This document shows, piece after piece, positions 12,953 through 19,595 of a DNA stretch of 20,528 bases (position 1 is its first letter; each line of letters begins with the position of its first letter). Position numbers and translations under genes: made by a program. The stretch is from a virus (Duplodnaviria; Heunggongvirae; Uroviricota; Caudoviricetes): the IMG/VR virus record IMGVR_UViG_2778261537_000015, positions 1 to 20,528 of that record; one strand, 5' to 3'. The notes beneath the pieces are model-generated. The model saw only the letters and a program-made list of their open reading frames with translations, was not told the DNA's origin and ran no database searches.

Positions 12953-13826
12953 AAATCACAGTCTTCGGTTTGACTTCACGAATGAATCATCAGCATTTGA
13001 TAAAAATGGAAACAATAAAATCTCCATCAGAAATGTTAAGTCAACAGTATCCCTGAATTTTGTTACCGGTCGGGGAGGTGCTCAGGCTGATATATCTCTT
13101 TACGGGTTAGGAATTGAAAGACTTGCTGATATATCAGGGAAGGCTGATGGTATTGTTGGGGAAGGTCAGAAGTTAAATGTTGAGGTATTTGCTGATGATT
13201 CTCTTGTTTTCTCCGGCACGATGCTTTCATCAATAGCAAACATGAATTCTGCTCCTGAAAGCAGTCTGATGATAACAGCCTCTTCTAATGTTGATTTACA
13301 GAACATGCCAGCAAGCCCGTTTACAGCACAGGGTGCGCAAAGTGTTGAAGATGTCATCTCATCCATTTGTGCAAGTGCAGGTTATGAAGCTGCGTTTAAT
13401 AATGTAAAAGGGATGACAACATCAGGAAGTCCGCATTTTGAAGGAAGTGTTTTTGAGCAACTTTATAGGGTTTGTTCAGATTATGGACTGGCGATGTCAG
13501 CTACGCCACCTGCAAAAGTAGAGTTCTGGCCTTCAGAAAAAAACAGAGACGATGTAATTCCGTTTATATCCAGAGAATACGGACTTGTTGGATATCCTGT
13601 ATTTTCAAATGGGGGACTGATGTTTCAGACGCAATATTCATCTCTCCTTTGCATTGGAAGATATGTGGATATCAAAACAGAACTACCACATGCAAGCGGA
13701 AGGTATAAGTTAACCTCCGTTCGGCATGAATTATCATCATGGATGCCAAATGGTTCATGGCACTCAATATGTATTGCCGCCAGAACAGCGGAACAAAGAG
13801 CAGAGGCGCAACAGAATAATGGATAA
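12945..13826 (+). CDS. Baseplate hub protein (gpD / Mu gp44 / XkdQ-like), about 293 aa; start uncertain
   Basis: Called by position before the spike gene and by size. TTG 12945 has GAGGAA 6 nt upstream and overlaps the preceding stop by 8 nt. The alternative ATG 12870 would overlap the previous ORF by 83 nt. The ORF-track start 12837 is unlikely. Confidence 0.55.
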   Translation: MYKNHSLRFDFTNESSAFDKNGNNKISIRNVKSTVSLNFVTGRGGAQADISLYGLGIERLADISGKADGIVGEGQKLNVEVFADDSLVFSGTMLSSIANMNSAPESSLMITASSNVDLQNMPASPFTAQGAQSVEDVISSICASAGYEAAFNNVKGMTTSGSPHFEGSVFEQLYRVCSDYGLAMSATPPAKVEFWPSEKNRDDVIPFISREYGLVGYPVFSNGGLMFQTQYSSLLCIGRYVDIKTELPHASGRYKLTSVRHELSSWMPNGSWHSICIAARTAEQRAEAQQNNG

Positions 13827-14511
13827 GCAACTATTTACTCCAACGCCTGCTCAGGTAAGTGAGGCTCAATCTCAGGAATATATTTTTGAGATGCTGATGT
13901 CTGGATATTTCTTCATTGAGTTAGCGAAAGTTCAGGAAGTCAGAGGGGAAGCACCAGATTTAGTTGTTGATGTTCTTCCTTTACTAACCAGAACAGACCG
14001 TACAGGAAAAATGATTTCCAACTCGGTTTTATATGATCTTCCCGTATGGAGGTTGCAGAGAGGAAACAGTGCTGTAATTATGGACCCTGTGGCAGGTGAT
14101 ATTGGTCTGATTGCGATATGCGACAAAGACATATCACTGGTAAGAAAAAATCGTAAAGAATCAGTACCTGGAAGCAAAAGACGACACAGTAAATCGGATG
14201 CGATTTATCTTGGTGGGGTATTAAACATTTCACCTACTCAATTCATTGAATTCGCTGACGGTGCAATAAACATAACCACGCCTAACCCACTAAATATTAA
14301 ATGTTCATCGTTAAATATTGATGCTCCTGATGGAGTCAACATGAATACTCCTTTACTTAAAGTTAGCGGTGATATTCAGGATAACGCAAGTTCACAGTCA
14401 TCTACTGTTAAAAATTTAAGGGACAACTATAACAATCACAAACATTCTGTTTCAGGTGTACAAAGTGGTGGGGCAACAATAAATTCCAATGCAACGGATA
14501 AACCGACATGA
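13819..14511 (+). CDS. Baseplate central spike (gpV / gp138-type membrane-puncturing spike), 230 aa
   Basis: ATG 13819 overlaps the hub stop by 8 nt. The N-terminal region looks OB-fold-like, and the C-terminal part is a repetitive beta-helix-like segment (INITTPNPLNIKCSSLNIDAPDGVNMNTPLLKVSG). It ends with an HxH apex motif, NNHKHS (His codons at 14437-14439 and 14443-14445). Confidence 0.7.
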   Translation: MDKQLFTPTPAQVSEAQSQEYIFEMLMSGYFFIELAKVQEVRGEAPDLVVDVLPLLTRTDRTGKMISNSVLYDLPVWRLQRGNSAVIMDPVAGDIGLIAICDKDISLVRKNRKESVPGSKRRHSKSDAIYLGGVLNISPTQFIEFADGAINITTPNPLNIKCSSLNIDAPDGVNMNTPLLKVSGDIQDNASSQSSTVKNLRDNYNNHKHSVSGVQSGGATINSNATDKPT

Positions 14512-14867
14512 CATACAGAACTATGCAACTGGACACTTCTACGTGGGACTTGACGCTTGACGGAAATGGCAATCTGGCGATCGCAGAAGAATCATATTCT
14601 GTTGCTCAGGATGTCGCCAGTGCGTGCCTGGTGTTTTCTGGAGAGTGTTATTACGACAATACGCTTGGGATTCCATGGAAGGCAGAAGTTCTTGGCAGGC
14701 GACCATCTCCTGGTTTTATTGCTCAGAAAATGCAGGCTGAAGCACTAAAATTACCCGTCGTTGAGGATGCTCTGGCATCAGTTTTCTTTGACAAGAATAC
14801 ACGTACAACTCGCGGCACAATCCGCGTTACTGATATCAATGGTAATATTGCACAGGCTACCTTATGA
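14508..14867 (+). CDS. Baseplate wedge initiator (gpW/gp25 or XkdS-like), 119 aa
   Basis: The pattern TWDLTLDGNGNLAIAEESYSVAQDVASACLVFSGECYYDNTLGIPW is typical of the small protein preceding gpJ-like genes. It is ATGA-coupled on both sides. Confidence 0.6.
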   Translation: MTYRTMQLDTSTWDLTLDGNGNLAIAEESYSVAQDVASACLVFSGECYYDNTLGIPWKAEVLGRRPSPGFIAQKMQAEALKLPVVEDALASVFFDKNTRTTRGTIRVTDINGNIAQATL

Positions 14868-16093
14868 CGATATTAAATACGGCTGTTCCTGATGTAACCA
14901 TCACTGAAAACGGTCTTTCAGTTCCCGACATAGCGGATGTGCTGGCGGGAAGACTTACAGACATGTCAACGGTTCTTGGCGGTGGCGCAAGTCAGTCACT
15001 GAGTTCACCGCAAGGTCAGATCGCACAGTCTGACACTGAAATTATTGCTCAGGTATACGACAAGCTTCTTTGTTTGTTTAATCAAATAAACCCTGACTTC
15101 TCAACAGGTAGATTCCAGGACGGGATTGGCCGGATTTACTTTATGGAACGGAACGCTGCTCAGGGGACAGTTGTTACGGCAACATGCATTGGTCAGGTTG
15201 GAACAACAATACCAGCAGGGAGTACCGCTGTGGATACGAGCGGGTATATATATCAGTCAATTGACAATGCCGTAATACCCTCATCAGGCTCTGTTGATGT
15301 GCAGTTTGTCAACACAACAACCGGGCCAATTCCGTGTGCATCCGGTTCACTGAACCAGATTTATCGAGCCGTTTCCGGGTGGGATGCTGTAAATAATATT
15401 AGCCCTGGAGTCGTTGGTGTTGATGTTGAATCACGTATCGCCTTTGAAACTCGCCGGAGACAATCAGTTGCCAGAAACAGTCGAAATCAGGACGCATCTA
15501 CATTAGCAGCGTTACTTGCGACTGATGGTGTGCTTGATGCTTACGTATGGTCAAACAGAACTGCAGAAACAGTAAATAAAGGAACAACGAATTTCCCGAT
15601 TCTTGCGCATTCTGTTTATATTTGTGTTTATGGCGGGGCTGATACGGATGTTGCTGAGTCAATATTCAATACTTATAACCCCGGTGCCAATATGAATGGT
15701 GATACAACGTTCACTGTTTACGATAACGTTAATTACATGCCGCCATATCCATCTTACGTTATGCAATGGCAAAAGGCATCACCTACGCGGGTTTACTTTA
15801 AGGTAAATATCGATGCCTCACTAAATCCACCAAGTGATATAACTAAGCAAGTAAAGAAAATGGTTGCTACTGTATTCAATGGAGGGTATGAGGGTATTGG
15901 GAAGGCGCGAATTGGTTCTACGATAAATGCTGGTAAATACTATGCCCCTGTTATTTCAATATCTCCTGATACAGTTGGCATTTTGTCTCTTGAAATTTCT
16001 CTCGATGGTTCACTATACGGACCTGCTGTGACTATGGGCATAGACCAGGTTCCAACCATTCAGGAATCAGATATTACTGTTACATTGTCGTAG
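14864..16093 (+). CDS. Baseplate J / gp47-like wedge protein, 409 aa
   Basis: Size, position, and the N-terminal pattern (LPDIADVLAGRLTDM..., SSPQGQIAQSDTEIIAQVYDKL) fit Baseplate_J family members. Confidence 0.7.
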   Translation: MTILNTAVPDVTITENGLSVPDIADVLAGRLTDMSTVLGGGASQSLSSPQGQIAQSDTEIIAQVYDKLLCLFNQINPDFSTGRFQDGIGRIYFMERNAAQGTVVTATCIGQVGTTIPAGSTAVDTSGYIYQSIDNAVIPSSGSVDVQFVNTTTGPIPCASGSLNQIYRAVSGWDAVNNISPGVVGVDVESRIAFETRRRQSVARNSRNQDASTLAALLATDGVLDAYVWSNRTAETVNKGTTNFPILAHSVYICVYGGADTDVAESIFNTYNPGANMNGDTTFTVYDNVNYMPPYPSYVMQWQKASPTRVYFKVNIDASLNPPSDITKQVKKMVATVFNGGYEGIGKARIGSTINAGKYYAPVISISPDTVGILSLEISLDGSLYGPAVTMGIDQVPTIQESDITVTLS

Positions 16094-16103
16094 GGGGAGC
16101 GGT

Positions 16104-16742
16104 ATGTGGGAAGACACAATTCTTACCCAGTACTCTGCAAGCAAAAAATTACTATCCATCATTGATACCTTTAATCAGGCAATTAGCCTTGATGATTTCA
16201 CTGATGAGTTTATTAAAAAAATATGGGATTTGACCACCTGTGAGACATTCGGGTTGGACATGTGGGGTAAAATAGTTGGAATAAGCCGTTATATTAATAC
16301 TCCAATAGAAGCCAGTTCTTTCGGATTCAATGAAGCAGATGGCAAAGATCCAGATTACCCAACTCCTTTCAACGATTCACCTTTTTTTGGTGGTGTACAG
16401 GAGACAACGAATGTCAGGTTGAGTGATGATGCTTACAGAACTCTCATATTTTGCAAAGCATTCACAAATATAAGTATTGCCACGATCCCTGAAATAAACA
16501 GATTTCTAAAAATATTGTTTTATCAAAGAGGGAGAGCATATTGCGTAAATTATCGAGATATGACAATAGGAATAACGTTTGAATTTGAGCTTGCGACATA
16601 CGAAGAATCGATTCTCACGAATTATGAGGTGATGCCCGTCCCGAGTGGTGTTCTGGTAAATATACGTAAAATCATTTCCCCTTATTTTGGTTTTTCATCT
16701 GATGCCTATCCGTTTAATGATGGCACATTTTATAGGAATTAA
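16104..16742 (+). CDS. Baseplate wedge / fibre-attachment protein (DUF2612, gpI-like), 212 aa
   Basis: It lies between the J-like and tail fibre genes, with GGGGGAG upstream. The N-terminus ILTQYSASKKLLSIIDTFNQAISLDDF...IWDLTTCETFGLDMWGKIVGISR fits DUF2612 as I recall it. Confidence 0.6.
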   Translation: MWEDTILTQYSASKKLLSIIDTFNQAISLDDFTDEFIKKIWDLTTCETFGLDMWGKIVGISRYINTPIEASSFGFNEADGKDPDYPTPFNDSPFFGGVQETTNVRLSDDAYRTLIFCKAFTNISIATIPEINRFLKILFYQRGRAYCVNYRDMTIGITFEFELATYEESILTNYEVMPVPSGVLVNIRKIISPYFGFSSDAYPFNDGTFYRN

Positions 16743-16744
16743 GC

Positions 16745-17608
16745 ATGAATCGTTCTGACTCACCTAAAAAACAACCTAAGCCATTTGGAGTTAATGGACA
16801 GAGAGGGGTAATATTGCCAACCACCCCTGCAGGTGATAACTCAGCATCGTATGAACAGGGGTTTCCTCCAATAACAATGATCCTGAAATCTGCTGGCGGT
16901 TTGCCGCCAAAAGGCCAGGATATGAACCAAATTTTATACGAACTTTCGGCTCTTGGTAGATGGTCGAGCACAGGGGCGCTGAATACTTTTGATTCTGAAT
17001 TTGCTTCGGAGATTTCTGGATATCCGTCAGGGGCGATGCTCATCTCGGACGATGGGGAAAGAATATTCATTAACACAACAGAAGGAAATCTATCTGATCC
17101 AAACAGCAATGGTGCCGGGTGGAAAGATGTTCTTTCATACCTTGGTTTGGGAGAAACGATAAATAAAGCCTCCGGAGCTATGCAGAAATCGGCTAATGGA
17201 GCTGATATTTCTGATGTATCAGCCTTCCGAAATGCGCTCCAGTTAGGGACCGCTGCAACACGAGATGTTGGTGCCGGGTTAATTAATGGCATTCCGGACA
17301 TGTCCTCATTCCGTGGTTCATTAGCCGGAACTGGTTACATTAAAATCCCCATTATCGGTGCCGGAGGCGGTGCGCAAACCATTGTCATTCAGTGGGGAGT
17401 GCATTCAACTCCCCCTGGCAGTAATGCTGCCTACAATCTGGCTGTAGCATTTCCTAACTCGATACTCTGGGCTACCGGGGGACGCGGTGCCCCTGGGTCA
17501 AATGCATCGATGAATGTCGGTCCAGAAGGGACTCAACAAATTAGAATTCAGAACTATGCACCCAGCGGCCCTAATGAAAACTGCTTCTGGATTGCGATTG
17601 GTTATTGA
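16745..17608 (+). CDS. Tail fibre protein, 287 aa
   Basis: The conserved fibre N-terminus ASYEQGFPPITMILKSAGGLPPKGQDMNQILYELS is present. The C-terminal receptor-binding-like domain ends IQWG...AFPNS...FWIAIGY (gp53-like C-terminal pattern). A Tfa chaperone gene follows. Confidence 0.8.
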   Translation: MNRSDSPKKQPKPFGVNGQRGVILPTTPAGDNSASYEQGFPPITMILKSAGGLPPKGQDMNQILYELSALGRWSSTGALNTFDSEFASEISGYPSGAMLISDDGERIFINTTEGNLSDPNSNGAGWKDVLSYLGLGETINKASGAMQKSANGADISDVSAFRNALQLGTAATRDVGAGLINGIPDMSSFRGSLAGTGYIKIPIIGAGGGAQTIVIQWGVHSTPPGSNAAYNLAVAFPNSILWATGGRGAPGSNASMNVGPEGTQQIRIQNYAPSGPNENCFWIAIGY

Positions 17609-17619
17609 GGGGGATAAAG

Positions 17620-18039
17620 ATGAAAAATGTTTATAAGTTTCATGATGGCTTATTTTACCCACCGGACCTGAATTATGAGTCTATTCCAGATAGTGCGATA
17701 GAAGTATCGAGCGAGGAGTATATAAAAGCCATGAGCCGCGCACCTGGAAGCACTTTTACGGTCAATGATGCTGGTGTTGTCACTATTATCCCGGCACCAG
17801 AGCCTACGCAGGAGCAACGTATCGCTCAGGCTGAGGTGCATAAACAATTCTTGCTGGATGAAGCTACGCAAAGGATTACTATCTGGCAAACCAAGCTTCT
17901 CATGGGGCGTAAGTTAACGGATGATGAATCAGCCAGCCTTAATGCCTGGATGGACTATATTGACGAAGTAGCGAAGACTAAAGCCGTCACTGCACCCGAT
18001 ATCGTCTGGCCTACGCCTCCGGGGGAGCAGGCCAATTGA
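17620..18039 (+). CDS. Tail fibre assembly chaperone (Tfa family), 139 aa
   Basis: ATG 17620 with GAGGGGGA upstream. The pattern EQRIAQAEVHKQFLLDEATQRITIWQTKLLMGRKLTDDESASLNAWMDYIDEV is the classic Tfa C-terminal half. Confidence 0.8.
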   Translation: MKNVYKFHDGLFYPPDLNYESIPDSAIEVSSEEYIKAMSRAPGSTFTVNDAGVVTIIPAPEPTQEQRIAQAEVHKQFLLDEATQRITIWQTKLLMGRKLTDDESASLNAWMDYIDEVAKTKAVTAPDIVWPTPPGEQAN

Positions 18040-18126
18040 TATCCGGCGCACAGGACAAAACTGATACACACAAAGCTTTGCACTGGATTGCAAGGCTTTG
18101 TGCTATTCGATAGTTGTTAAGGTGGA

Positions 18127-19284
18127 TCACTCCACCTTTTCATCAAGCCAATCCGCCCACCACTGCATCATTTCTCTGCGCTTATCTAGATACTGAGCAT
18201 GGTTGTAAATCCCACGCACAGATCCGCCGTTGGCATGTGCCAGTTGCACTTCAATGGCGTCGGCAGGCCATTCGTGCTCGTTCATAATCGTGCTGAATTC
18301 ATGCCTGAATCCGTGACCGCTTTCCAGCCCCTCATAGCCGATTTGTTTGATCACAAGTAGCACCGCGTTCTCGCAGATTGGTTTCTTCTTATCGTTGCGC
18401 CCGGCAAAAACAAATTCTGATACTGGTTTAGTGATGGAGCTTAGCGTAGTGAGAAGTTCAACCACCTGGTCTGACATCGGGACCACATGAATTTTGCGTC
18501 CCTTCATCACACTGGCGTCGATGGTGATAATCCTGTTTTCAAAATCGACGTTCTTCCATAGCATGGAGCGAAGCTCTTTCGTTCTTAGGGCTGTGTAGCG
18601 TAAAACTTTGGTCGCAATGAGCGATACGATACTTCCTGAAAATGTTGCCAGTGCTTTGTTGAATGCAGGGATCTGGTCTGCTGGAAGAAACGGGAAGTTC
18701 TTCTTGCGGTATCCTTTCATGGCGTCTGCAAGGTCAGGTGCCGGGTTATATTTAGCCCTGCCGGTGACAATAGCGTAACGGAAAACCTCGCCGCATCTTC
18801 TGCGGGCTTTGTTGGCTCGCTCCATTGCACCGCGGTCTTCAAATCTGCGGATTACTTCCTGCAGTTGCATCGGCTCAATATCCTGAATTTCAAGGCTGCC
18901 GATGATAGGTAAAATGTCTTCATCAAACATTTTTGCAAGTTCATTTGCATAGCCTACTGACCAGACTTGCTTCTTGTGCTCGTACCATTCCTTGTAAATC
19001 GCACTAAAGGAATTGTTGTTAGACGAAGCCTTTTTCGCCTTTACCGGATCGATGCCAACCGAGATGTCTTTCCTCGCAGTCCATGCTTTATCCCTTGCCT
19101 CCTGCAAAGTCATAAGCGGATATTTTCCGACGGTCAGGATTTTCTCCTTACCGCCAATCTTGTAGCGAAGCTGCCATACCTTTTTCCCTGACACAGGGAC
19201 ATAAAGGTACAGGCCATTACCATCGAGAAGGCGGTATGGTTTTTCTTTCGGCTTTGCTGCTTCAATCTGCTTAACGGTGAGCAT
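18127..19284 (-). CDS. intS: Tyrosine recombinase / prophage integrase IntS, 385 aa
   Basis: From MLTVKQIEAAKPKEKPYRLLDGNGLYLYVPVSGKKVWQLRYK to ...HGFRHEFSTIMNE...LAHANGGSVRGIYNHAQYL it matches my memory of K-12 IntS. The catalytic R..HxxR..Y pattern is present, and it is adjacent to argW. ATG 19284 is preferred over the upstream ATG 19320, which gives a 12-codon extension. Confidence 0.9.
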   Translation of the reverse strand: MLTVKQIEAAKPKEKPYRLLDGNGLYLYVPVSGKKVWQLRYKIGGKEKILTVGKYPLMTLQEARDKAWTARKDISVGIDPVKAKKASSNNNSFSAIYKEWYEHKKQVWSVGYANELAKMFDEDILPIIGSLEIQDIEPMQLQEVIRRFEDRGAMERANKARRRCGEVFRYAIVTGRAKYNPAPDLADAMKGYRKKNFPFLPADQIPAFNKALATFSGSIVSLIATKVLRYTALRTKELRSMLWKNVDFENRIITIDASVMKGRKIHVVPMSDQVVELLTTLSSITKPVSEFVFAGRNDKKKPICENAVLLVIKQIGYEGLESGHGFRHEFSTIMNEHEWPADAIEVQLAHANGGSVRGIYNHAQYLDKRREMMQWWADWLDEKVE

Positions 19285-19329
19285 GGGTAAAAATCCGATG
19301 GGTAAAATTATTTTACCCACTTTTTACCC
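19285..19329. promoter_or_regulatory. Cluster of four (A/T)TTTTACCC repeats at the intS 5' end (candidate arm-type or RDF sites and intS operator)
   Basis: GGGTAAAAA at 19285-19293, GGGTAAAAT at 19300-19308, ATTTTACCC at 19310-19318, and TTTTTACCC at 19321-19329. Positions 19300-19318 form a perfect 9+1+9 palindrome. The first copy abuts the intS ATG. Confidence 0.55.
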
Positions 19330-19445
19330 GTCATGGAGTGCGGCTGTCAACGATCTGACGCGAACCATTACGAACTGTGAATCTACGGAAGGCTTGATAT
19401 TCAGGGGATTTTGCGGACTGCTACGGATGGGAGCGAACTGATAAA

Positions 19446-19460
19446 TGGTGTCCCCTGCAG
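19446..19460. repeat. att core copy within argW (TGGTGTCCCCTGCAG)
   Basis: Identical to 1689-1703. It corresponds to the acceptor 3' strand plus CCA of the tRNA. Confidence 0.85.
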
Positions 19461-19520
19461 GAATCGAACCTGCAATTAGCCCTTAGGAGGGGCTCGTTAT
19501 ATCCATTTAACTAAGAGGAC
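19446..19520 (-). tRNA. argW: tRNA-Arg (anticodon CCU), 75 nt
   Basis: The reverse complement is GTCCTCTTAGTTAAATGGATATAACGAGCCCCTCCTAAGGGCTAATTGCAGGTTCGATTCCTGCAGGGGACACCA. It folds as a cloverleaf with acceptor GTCCTCT/AGGGGAC, anticodon loop CTCCTAA, T-arm TGCAGG-TTCGATT-CCTGCA, and an encoded CCA. Confidence 0.95.
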
Positions 19521-19595
19521 AATGCGGCATGAGTATACCCGCTAATGGACTGCGGGGTAAGTACGCTGCCGCTCGATTGCTTAAACCCTCGCCAT

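Larger units (their letters stand above)
1689..19460. mobile_element. KplE1/CPS-53-family integrative element (internally deleted prophage) inserted at argW
   Basis: A 15-bp direct repeat lies at 1689-1703 and 19446-19460. An IntS-like integrase abuts the tRNA and TorI sits inside the other repeat. Phage tail and immI genes lie between, and chromosomal genes cscB and yfdC lie outside. Confidence 0.9.

Noticed and set aside
16714..17301. 195-aa minus-strand ORF
   Set aside because: It lies entirely antisense to the well-supported tail fibre gene. It is Pro/Ser/Ala-rich and low-complexity, with no convincing SD or family resemblance. It is most likely a shadow ORF.
18040..18136. Imperfect direct repeat CAAAGCTTTGCAC / CAAGGCTTTGTGC and hairpin GGTGGA-TCAC-TCCACC at the intS stop, considered as an invertase crossover site or a terminator
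   Set aside because: The repeats are short and mismatched, no invertase gene is present, and the hairpin lacks a T-run. The evidence is insufficient.
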